DNA of 59,975 bases, filler included, from Sphacelaria rigidula (taxonomy: Eukaryota): assembly GCA_964200075.2 (NCBI GenBank). It is 9 parts of 9 records of this genome, joined end to end, with 100 filler letters (N's around TTAATTAATTAA, not from the genome) between each part and the next. Parts side by side here need not be neighbours in the genome. Positions count along the whole stretch, not along the records: positions 1 to 6,575 come from CAXNAA020019263.1; positions 6,676 to 13,250 come from CAXNAA020019264.1; 7 more parts are not named here. The stretch is one strand, 5' to 3'. A model generated the notes under the pieces. The model worked only from the letters and a program-made list of their open reading frames with translations, ran no database searches and was not told the DNA's origin. Shown one piece after another: positions 1-10,293 of this stretch. Position numbers and translations under genes: made by a program. The first letter of the stretch is position 1, and every line of letters begins with the position of its first letter.

Positions 1-142
1 GGTCAAGCACCCATGTCGTAGAAATAGTGTTATTTCTAGCCCAAAAAACGCCAGCGAATGCAACCAAATAATTGAAAATCAAATCGGACATCGTCAAGGG
101 CTCGTACAAACATAACGATACAGACCTATGGGACAGAGGAAG
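1..142. mobile_element. Right end of Stowaway/mariner-like TIR element (same family as 43559-44209)
   Basis: 1-142 aligns by eye to 44068-44209. It ends ...CAGACCTATGGGACAGAGGAAG followed by TA. Confidence 0.75.
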
Positions 143-307
143 TATATATATGCGTGTAGATTTGAACTTCAGCCATCACCACAGCTTGGATTGACTGTGG
201 TCGAGAACTCAGGGTGCATTACAAAACAGGGATGGAACAACAGTACGATGCGTGTCAGTTTTTTTCAATGATTTGCTCACAACACATCGCGAGAGTGAAC
301 ACTATCG

Positions 308-887
308 ACAATGTCTTCGTGAGATTGAGAGTAGAGGATACGATTGAGAGTGAAAATTAGTCATTCAATGAATTGCCCCTCCACGAGGCTCGATACGCTT
401 TCTGAAATGCCCCTCCACGAGGCTCGATACGCTTTCTGTGGTAGCTTGCTACTAAAGCCCTTGATATCCCTGGGTATAACATCGACGCATAGTTGTACGC
501 ATAGGTCGCTGTCACAGGTGAAGAAAACCCACAAATAATATAAAATACCTCACGTTGAAGCGAATAATAAAATCACTCTCAATCAACGCTCTACTCGAGC
601 AATGCTGCTGTGGGGGTTGCACTTTTTGTTTCTAGTATTTTTTCTGTAGGAGCCCATAAATATGAGGCTTACTGTGCAACCCAAATCTCCGGGGACCGGA
701 CTGTCAGAAACATGGTATTTGCTCTGGCCTTTTCGTGAATCAGCATCATTTGCAGTCTTTTTCAACTAAGAATGATGCCGATTCTCAACATAATTCGTCC
801 AAAATCCCGAGCAGCCCCGAGAAACGTTTTCGCTAAAAACGTTCAATCCCTATCGTAGCATTGCTCACTCTCAATCCCACGGAAACA
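308..887. mobile_element. MITE family A copy (~290 bp), interrupted by a nested insertion at 597-866
   Basis: Starts ACAATGTCTTCGTGAGATTGAGAGTAGAG. The right TIR is split into CTCTACTC (589-596) and ACTCTCAATCCCACGGAAAC (867-886). It has an internal 31-bp tandem duplication at 374-438. Confidence 0.75.
597..866. mobile_element. Non-autonomous TIR element with GAG...CTC termini and 4-bp TSD (Sola-like)
   Basis: Starts GAGCAATGCT and ends AGCATTGCTC. ACTC is duplicated at 593-596 and 867-870. Confidence 0.75.
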
Positions 888-2076
888 GGGTTCATCTTTC
901 TTTCCTGACGATAGTTCATTCACGGGAGGGTGTTGCGAATTTAGATGACGCAGTTCACATTCTTCGTGTCTGAATGCAGTCTTTGCAGCAAAATAAGCTG
1001 CACAACTTATGACGGTTCAATAAAACCATGAACCATGTATCTTTTTCCCTGAGGAATATTTCTGGTAATTCAGTACGCTTGTCTGAGTGACGTATCATGT
1101 AGGATATTGCTGGAGTAGGCGTGTTGCAATGATCTGTCGCAGTAAAAAAAAATAACTAAGTGACTAGGTCACGTAAGCTACAGTAGATATAGTGTTGAAG
1201 ATTGCAGGGGATCTATTGTAAAAGGGATCTATTGTAAAAGCTGGCACGACTACCGCGTCAGCAGCAGCAGTTGAACAGGATGATACAGAGTGGTTGGATG
1301 TTCGTGTGTGGAGTTGATCTTTGTTCCAGGGAGGGGCACTTCGTTCGATCTCGATCGCCCATCATCGCTCTCACTCCCCCACCTCACCCAGCTCTCCTCC
1401 AGTTCTCTGCGTGGAAAAGAGACAGTTTTATTCTGTTTCGGCCGCAAAACGCCACCGAAAACCATCCGACGTTTCTTCCTTTTTGCTGCAAGTCGCAAGT
1501 GAGCTTCACAGCCACTGCGCAACCTGTGCCAGTCTGTCTAGTGAGACAGTGCCACGAGAGGCTAGACTTTCAAGGCTTGTATGGTGCGCGTGTTTTGAAT
1601 TTCGCCTAAACCCTGCCGAGTCTGACCTATTGGAGTCAGCGATATGTCGGCGATTGAATACACTCAAGGAGGTGATTTGACCCAAGTACACATAGCAGAC
1701 TAGCATTGAATATCCCAGCTGTTTGTCAAGCAGACAACCGACACCGATATCAGAAGAGACACACACCACATGAGTATGACATTTCCGTTATCTCCCAAAA
1801 CGGCGGTCATCTCCGCTGATGATCATCTCCGGACGAAAATGACGGATGTTTGCAGGCCACGCTTGCAACATTTTCCAATACAAAGTCGCAGCTACTTTAG
1901 TGTTGATTACAACATTGGTCGCACTGCACGTATACGCAGGAACGTGTAATCCCGAAGAAAGTCAGCTATGACAGGGTGGCAATCACACGGCAACATGTTT
2001 CGGAACTTCGTGTGCCGACACCGCTGGCCCGCACGAAACAGCCAGTAGACTTCAAACAACAAGCTACTGCTCCCAC

Positions 2077-5000
2077 CTGATTGTCGGTGAGAATTTCGTC
2101 TAAAGACACCTCGGGGCAATCCTTGGAAGGACCATCATCGATATAGAAATCCAGCAGCAAAGGCTCTTTGAAGGAGATACCAGATGGCTTGCAGCGCACG
2201 AGTACGTCAACGAAGTACTCTTCGCCTTCGCAGGGTACTATCTGCGTGGTGTCCTCCAGCTGAATGGGGCCAGCCTGAGGCTCATCCGGTAAGCTATTGG
2301 GCTGCACAGTGAGCCGAACACCGTGGGACACTGATTCATACTGCTTTCCTGGGGTCAACACATGTGCGAGCGTTACCCGCGGCTCAGGACTGAAAACTTC
2401 TGGGTCATCCGACGAGCAACCCCGAGGCGGAGTACCCTCCACAGGCTCGAGATGAACGCTATCTGGATTGTGCATTGATGGTTCAGTCGATCACGGGTGG
2501 GGGTGAGGGGAGACAGGGGCACGGGGTCAATATGACAACTCACACATTGAAATGCACTGTCTTGATACAAGAGGCAACGTGTAAGAAACGCACCGGGTGA
2601 AGTTCCAGGGAGACACCCCAAGCAGATTGTAATAGCCAGAAAAACTCGAAATAAAATATCCCCATGAGTTTGTGCACCATAAATCAACTCGCGGGGGTCC
2701 AGAATCAGTACCCATCGAATACTGTGTACGACTCATTCGTGTATACAGCGCATGCCCCAACCAAGTCCTGTAACAGCGAGTTGCGGGAAGCATGTACGCC
2801 AGGTGTCGTCCCAACAGTAAACGCACCGTTATGATCTGGCAGCCGAGGGCTTAGCCGATCTCGCCCACCACACGAACCATCCTGCTGGCGGCATGAAAAA
2901 TAGGAAATGTCGAGCCAGATCAGTGCGGTCGAGGGGCCACTGGAGCTCTCAAGTCATGAAGCCCGGCCCTCACAAACGCATGCAAGGAGCATGTGCTACA
3001 CAAAAACATGGCGCTGAGCTATCGGTGCTGGCTGTCGTCTTTCTTCCGGGCAACGACACAAACAAGGAAATATGTGATCGCGTTGTCATGGGAGCTCCCG
3101 AACAATCAATGAAATAGGTAAGCCATCGTTGACAACAGATGTGCGGATAGGATGTAGGGACCGGGTCGAGGAAGCAAATGAAGCACACTCCTCACCGGCG
3201 AACGACTCGGGCTCATCTGCCCATGCTCTTGTCCACACGAGGATGGCTCGAGGGCCTTGTCAATATCAGGAGCTAGGCACGCTTCGCTCACGCCACCGCC
3301 GTATTCACAGGCATTTGATGGCGCCCCCTCATGCATTTCTTCACTTTGCTTGATACCGGCGTACGGCCCAAGCCTATACAGTCGGAGACGTCGCACACAT
3401 CGGCAGAATAATGCAGCATCTCTATTAACTAAGTACGAGCTCATTGTACGCAACAAATTCATCCGAGATATTATTCCCAGGTTGTTGATATACAGGGCGT
3501 AGTCATCATATTGCACCACTCGACGAGGCCCATATCAACATGGCCTGGGGAGCGTCCCCGACGAGTGGGTCTGGCATATCTCGACTCGCTGGTACCGACA
3601 CGTCAATGTGACCGAAATACAGCATACTTGCTGAAGTCCAGTCCAAGGACTATTTACAGCAGACACCGTGGGTTTGCGCCGTCATACTCGGATACTGGTA
3701 CGAGAAGAACCAAATGTGATGGTGATCCACACGACGTGCCGTTAGATGAGGGCACATGATTGACGCTGTCGATGAGGCAATGTACGGTAGTTCTCCTCGT
3801 CCCGCTGTCGCAAGTACAGAATCGACGGGTCCGCTGGGTACCATGCGTAACGAACACACTCACTGCATTGATGCGAGCACCATCAGCATGACCGCGGCCT
3901 TGAACTTTCTCAGGGCGTTGAACACATGCAGCCTCTTTAGGCTGGGACCCAAGTCAGACCTCATCAATTTGAAGTCTGGGACGTTGTTAAACCAAGGATG
4001 ATCGAGGGCGCCATCAGCAGTGATGCGCTCGACGGGGTCGACGGTCAGCATCCTACGGGAATAACGAAGAGGAAAAAGGAGTGTTGGAAGCGGCCGAGCA
4101 CGAACAGCGAATAAGCGAATGCACATCAGCAACATACGTGAAAAAATGAAATGTATCGCTGCTTACGAGGTAAAGTGCATACACCATAAGGAAAGTACCA
4201 AAACAGGAGTCAATCTGTCTTGGAACGACTATGCCGTATCACAATGCCTCGAGTTCAACATCAGGCAGCATTGCCTGTCCAATGTGAAATGATGCATAAA
4301 ACGGCGAGCAAGACGGGGACAATGACTGACTGACTCGCCAAGGGCAAGAATTGGTCCATCGACACGTGAGGTACACATGAGGCTTTGATCTCTTCAGTGC
4401 GCAGAGCAAAATGCGCCAGCACGTCTCGGATGTTCTGCGCGGGGCTACAAGTACAAGTACACACAACCCAATCCATTGGTGATAGTGAAATGAATGACAG
4501 CTCGTAGGCACCCAATCGTTGAAAACATTCGGACAGGCATTCACCGACCTCTGGATGAGATCTTGTGCACAGTCACTGATAGGCCCCCACACTTCCTCGT
4601 CGAAAGTGACGTTGCCGCTCTTGATTTTGGCCACTAGCCGCACCTGTACCAAAAGCAAAAAGTATCACCGGGGAGTATATTCGATTTTCCGGCGCCGAGT
4701 TCAAGGTAACCATCGAGAACGCATGTTTAAGCGTCACTGCGTGAGTGGCTGTGCTCATGCGTCAGCCTGCAAGCCTAAGCAAACCCGCACCACATGTTGG
4801 GCGTGGCGTTCGGTCATCTGAGAGCATACATCTTTTCGATATTCGTTCCGACGCCGCACTCAGCATGAAGGAAAGACGGGAAAAGCTCGCACTACCCTTT
4901 ACACAGAACGTCGTCCTCATGACCCGGTCAGCGATTTATGGTGGAACGCTCGAGGGCATTGGTGCTCCCTGTCGCCAACAAGCTCGTACTCTCCTGCGAT

Positions 5001-6334
5001 TATACACAATGGTACTGTCGAGGAAGATCGTCACTTGCATCTGCAATCGATGCATGTCAAAGGTCACCTGACAGCTGTCTGTAGCACCCGGTCGATGGTC
5101 CAAAGCGGAGCATCCCAGGAACGAGTTTTGTTGCAGGGTACAATCGGGCCGTGGAGTTTGATGCCCACGAAATCAGCAGGCCAACCGGAGAAGTTGAACG
5201 CGAACAGGGTTGCGGCACGTACACGGCAGGAATAGCGAACGGTCAACAAGAGGGAAGATGTATGTAATTGTCATTGGTAGTCTGCCAACGATTCGGCACC
5301 CCACACTTCGGGTATGAAGACATAAAAACCGCTAGTGGCAGGCCATGATTGTAACGCGTGAGAGGACCGCGTGCTTAGGGGACCGCATCGGAGTCTAAAC
5401 ACCCCTATGGTTAGGGTTAGGGCTAGTGTTGGGGTTAGGGTCAGGGGCGTGGTCGATGCAGGGACTGGCCCGGTTGGGTTTGGAGAACGTCGATCCTGAG
5501 GTATTTCGACCTCCGATGCGGTTCCCTGAACACGCGGTCCTCTCACGCATTGCAATAATTTCCACATACCTGAAGTGTGTATTTTTACGTGGTGAAGATG
5601 CGTGTAATCAATTCCTGGATGTAGGATGCCATGAGGTAGCTGCATCGATCGTCCCTCTAAATCAAGCGTGGGCTGCGCGTCGGAATTCCGTATATCATGG
5701 CGAGGACCTCAAACGATGACAACATCATGACCACCCGTTCAGTCCCTTTTCTCAAGTCGTGTACAAGGTAAGTCACCAAAAGCACACCGTAGCATAAATT
5801 CGCACCCTTGAAAGGTGCCTCTCCCGCGACCAGGATGTAAGAGATAACCCCAATGCTCCACATATCCACGGCGGGGCCGCACGGCTTCTTCTCGATCTCT
5901 TCCGGCGACATATCTGTATTTGTAGGGACATGGGACACGTTAGACCAGGGGGGCATATTAGATGCCTGATTGGCAATATGAAATACACTTAGCTACTGAG
6001 TTCCCATGCCGGCGCTCCCCGCCTCCAGAGTCGAACCAACAAAAGCCGCAGGTCTGCCAAGCTGGAAACGTTGTGATTTTGCTTGACCACCGCGAAATCA
6101 CTCGTTCCAACGCTAACCTGCGATATGCTTGCGGACAAATGTGGAAGCGCTATCGAGTACAACGTATTTTTCTGTTTCTTTTTGTAGTGAGCAGCAGGAA
6201 AATATCATCTCACATTCCCGAGAACCACATCGCCTTGGGCATAGATCGCTGGGGGCGTCGCCTTCGGTCGCACGTCCGAAATCAGCGATTTTGAAGGTGG
6301 CGGTGTCCCGATTTGCCAGCAATAAGTTCCTTGG
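2077..6334 (-). CDS. Ca2+/calmodulin-dependent (CaMK-group) Ser/Thr kinase, partial, with putative C-terminal ZU5-like domain
   Basis: Phase-consistent GT-AG exons 6334-6214, 5913-5806, 5078-5068, 4643-4549, 4052-3864, 3373-3196, 2884-2827, 2462-2077. They translate to PRNLLL..KIADFG..CGSREYMSPEE..AVDMWSIGVISYILVAGEAPFKDSCQVRLVAKIKSG..RMLTVDPVERITADGALDHPWF..FNALRKFKAAV. The N-lobe and HRD exons are outside the fragment and the 3' end is unresolved. Confidence 0.9.
5348..5556. mobile_element. Intronic MITE-like element with ~45-bp inverted ends and internal TTAGGG-like repeats
   Basis: TTGTAACGCGTGAGAGGACCGCGTGCTTAGGGGACCGCATCGGAG is a near reverse complement of CTCCGATGCGGTTCCCTGAACACGCGGTCCTCTCACGCATTGCAA. 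GGTTAGGGTTAGGG..GGGGTTAGGG lies at 5409-5440. Confidence 0.7.
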
Positions 6335-6520
6335 CTGCAGAATGAGCGGTAGATGAACACAAAAAAGGTAGCAACGTTACCTGGGGGAACGCGAGTAGGC
6401 AGTCGGCAAACTTCACCGAATAGCGCATGACCGACACAGCGTGGTATGCGATCGATCGAAACGTCGACGTCAATGGGTCTACGCAAGCGAGAAGCCACGG
6501 AATTTTCAATCCCTCAGAAC

Positions 6521-6575
6521 TGGTGAGACACCCATGAGGCAGTGTATAAGCCGTCGCTGTCTCTGGAAGTGGCGA
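6521..6575 (+). mobile_element. 5' head of short retroposon family C (cut by fragment end)
   Basis: TGGTGAGACACCCATGAGGCAGTGTATAAGCCGTCGCTGTCTCTGGAAGTGGCGA, matching 14379 (-) and 59706 (+). Confidence 0.7.
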
Positions 6576-6675
6576 NNNNNNNNNNNNNNNNNNNNNNNNN
6601 NNNNNNNNNNNNNNNNNNNTTAATTAATTAANNNNNNNNNNNNNNNNNNNNNNNNNNNNNNNNNNNNNNNNNNNN
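6576..6675. other. Artificial scaffold linker N44-TTAATTAATTAA-N44 (also at 13251, 19926, 26601, 33276, 39951, 46626, 53301)
   Basis: An identical 100-bp linker occurs every 6,675 bp. TTAATTAATTAA provides stops in all six frames. Confidence 0.98.
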
Positions 6676-6680
6676 TTATT

Positions 6681-6744
6681 GTCTGGTATCGCCACTTCCA
6701 GAGACAGCCACGGCTAATACACTGCCTCATGGGTGTCTCACCAG
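6681..6744 (-). mobile_element. 5' head of short retroposon family C
   Basis: Reverse complement of the TGGTGAGACACCCATGAGGCAG...GCGATACCAG head. On the element strand it is preceded by a C-rich run (6746-6764). Confidence 0.7.
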
Positions 6745-7135
6745 GAGGGGGTGGGGGGGGTGGGCAAACATCAGTTATCCTGACCAGTTTTCTACATACT
6801 AGATGTCGTTCCTGTAGCTGGTGCAGCTGGCTGCAAAGGCTTTCATGCCGTTTTATTGTGGTTTCCAGTCAATGTGCGAAATATTTCGATAAGACCATAC
6901 AAGGGCATCACCAAATGAGAGACGTGCCACCTCTTGTTGAATGACATGTTGGTTTGGCCACATGACAATATAATATCAATATTGTATATGTTGCATGTGT
7001 TTTTGTAGTTCATATGTTTCCTATATATGAGGAGAGTACCACTTTTTATAATACAATACTGTAAATCCTTTCACGTACTCGAGGTGATTTATGAAAAGAC
7101 CCCTCCATTTCGAGTGCTGAAGGGTGTCACGATTA

Positions 7136-7430
7136 ACAATGTTTTCGTGATATTGAGAGTAGAGTGTTGATTGAGAGTGGGTTTGATCATTCGCTTCAAC
7201 TTGACCAACTTCTCATCCTGTGTGTGGTTTTTTTTTTCTGTAACACTGGCGTGTGCTTACAGCTACACATGATTATCTTACTCAGGAATGTCAAGGGCTT
7301 CAGTGGTATGATACTGCAGAAAGCATATCGGGCCTCATGGAGGGGCATTCCGGAACCGAAACCGTTCATTCAGTGATTCACCGCTATTCACTCTCAATCG
7401 TATCCTCTACTCTCAATCTCACGAAAACGC
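7136..7430. mobile_element. MITE family A copy
   Basis: TIRs GTTTTCGTGATATTGAGAGTAGAG / CTCTACTCTCAATCTCACGAAAAC. The interior is similar to the 28587 and 30398 copies. Confidence 0.8.
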
Positions 7431-10293
7431 AGGTGATTGTCGATTTCTTGTATGCAATCGACGCGATCAGGTTAATACATGTGTGCGGTGTTTGTCCTTG
7501 CTCTATTGTACTGTGTCCTTTGGGTTCCATCACTTCTCTAGCCTCCTCTGTTATCTTTTCCTCTCCCATCTCCCTCTCTCTCTCTCTCTCGCTATATATA
7601 TATATATATATGTGCGTGTGCATGATCTGTCCTCCCGGTGTATGCAAGTAGCAACATGGTGCCTGGCTTCCACAAGGTTCATGCATGAGAGTTTCATACC
7701 CAAGATAGTCAGGTTGAAATAGATTAGCCGCAATCTTCTCCCACGGCGCTTTGTTTTTATGATTAGGTATTAGACCACTTCTCATGTATCCAAAACAAAT
7801 GTTGGTAGAATTCCACGTGTTCTGCGATCACGACACAAGTCATGTTTTTAAAAGTCTTGTTCTCATGTCTTTTTTCGATCGCCAAAAGCTATGAGAAAAT
7901 AGGACTTTCTGAAAGCCTGCACCGATCAGAAAACGATTATTGAAAAAGGGTTTGAAATCCCGCCGCACGTCAACACAACCCACATCCCACAACAGCATCC
8001 ATGCTGTCTTGGTTACCATCACCGCTGCTGCTGCTACTCGCGGCCAGTTAGCGTGTCACTTTCACGTCTTCGTCCGCCGGTAGCGTGGCGGCAGTAGACT
8101 CTCGGTGTGTCTTGAATCGGGGAGAGGAAAGTGTTCGAAAATTGCACCAATATTAAAATAATACCGCTACTGCCTGTACAGCAGTAGTTGTGCTCCCTGT
8201 ACAGTAGCGGTCTACACGTAATCCGAGTAGTCCAGTCCAGAGGGGGGGGGTACAACGCATCGTCGAGATTCATGATGTGCATGCCCTGCTGCTCTGTTGT
8301 CTGTAACCATAACGCGTAAGACCCCCATTGGTTTCATGGACGCTCTGTCTTTTGTGCGCTGTGCATCTCTCGCGTGCCTCAGAAATTCAAAAATATGCCC
8401 TCATGCCTCTCAGAAAACGATGACAACTGCTTTTCAGACTTTGGTGACGTCTGGATCACGTAAGGACGGGAAACAGGTTATTTTCGAAAATGAGGTTCAA
8501 GTCCAAAACAGCGCCTTCCCTGATCTAAAGTTATGACAAATTACGTTCATGTGAACGACCTCACGCCCCTCGACCTCCCTAAAACTATTTTTGGGGGCTT
8601 CCCGTTTTCCGTTCCCTCAAAGGGTATGTGCGAAGGCATCTTTTTGCTCGATTTCGGGGTGAGAAAAGGGTAACTTATAGCCCGAAAAATGGTGCTTTCG
8701 CACATACATACTCTTTGGGAGAATGAAAGACAGGGACCCCCCAAAAACAGTTTGAGGGAGGTCGGGGGGGCATGAGGTCGTCCATGTGAGAATAATTTGT
8801 CATGACCGTAGGTCAGGGAAAACGTTGTTTTGGAGTTCGAACTTATCTGAATGTTCAACGCCATCTTCAGAAATAATATTTTGGGTGCTTGACAAAATAT
8901 GTTGGAAATCGTGCTATAGAGAAACGGAAACGGCTTTTTTGACCATGCTCTTTTCACGTATGAAAAATGGCCTGAGTATGTACTTTTTGCGCAAGACCTT
9001 TTTCCACTGAAGTCATGTTCCCGAGGCCAGCCATTTCTCGAGGGCGGGGTTGTCTTTGTTTCATTTTTTTGTCTTGTCTTAGTCTACTCTGCTTCGAAAT
9101 TGTACATTGGCGGCCAGTTTTGGGCTGACAACTGAACATGGACTCGAATCGATTCTTTTTTAGTTCTATTTGATTCGTTCCCGTCATCAAAAACGTGAGG
9201 GCGTGAGAGGAAAAGAGTTCGACGCTAAGCTGACAGGTTGGGGGCGTTTCGATAGTCATGGTCCACTCCTCGATGAGAAATCGTCAGATGGGCTGATTGA
9301 TCCCTCGACACTACAAGTTCGTTTCGAGGAAGAGGAACGGGTGGTATGGAAAGTATGACCATAGGAAAAATAAGTGTTCCCTTTGCCATACATGCATGTA
9401 CTCACTGGAAGATGACATCCTGCAAGATGGCTAATGTATCCGCCAGCAGTAGTCAACGATATATGATGTAGGGGAGATCAAAGAAGAAATGTCGTTCAAT
9501 CAAAGTGAACTTCAAGTAGCATTCGAACCAGACGAATCGTTGCGCAAACGATACGGACCATATTTTGTAGCCTTGAAAGGCAAGATCGTCCGTTCCCGCG
9601 GGGTTTCACATGGCTGGCGTTACGACGTGTCTTGCTCACGTGTCTGTCCGTCTTTCTGAGCCCCTTAAAAAATAAATTGGATACGTGAACGTTGAAAGTT
9701 GTGCCTGGTTTACGAGTGATCGCTTAAAATGTTTCATTTTTGCCGTCCGGTTTGAAGATGATCATGCGACACTTGTGCCCGATTCAAAAATGACCATGTG
9801 CAATTTCCACTTTTGCGCGTACCGCTGTATGTACGTTGCGTGTGCGCGTTGCCTGCGGACAGGCGCGTGTGACCTCTGTCGGCCTGGGCTGAGAAGCACT
9901 ACGGTAGTGGTGTTTTATTTGTACTTGTGTCGGGGAATGCCTAGTCTGAAAATATCTTGAATGTAGATGATATGAAAACATGAATTCATAAGAGCACGAG
10001 GTTACTGAAAACATGAAGTAAGTGCCGCGCCTATCTATACATGCACACTAAAATAAATTAAGAAATTGAAGGAAGAAAATGAAACCACGGAAACGAGTAG
10101 AAAAGTCGTTTCAACCAACGCAACGAAACCGAAGCGAAGAAACGAAAGGAAGGAAGGACAAAAAAAACAAGAAAACGAATAGAAAAGTCGTTTCATCCAA
10201 CGCAACGGAGCCGAAGCGAAGAAATAAACGACAAGACATCGAGTGATCCCTTCGACGGAAAAAAAATGACATCATGTACGCCTTACCGCACAG

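Noticed and set aside
6620..6631. Periodic TTAATTAATTAA motif
   Set aside because: Synthetic six-frame-stop spacer embedded in Ns.
6521..6744. Inverted repeat spanning the first gap
   Set aside because: Two unrelated fragments both end in the high-copy family C repeat.
7700..7785. PWEKIAANLF resembling a Ty3/gypsy integrase start
   Set aside because: Only about 10 residues match. No further DDE motifs or LTRs are visible.
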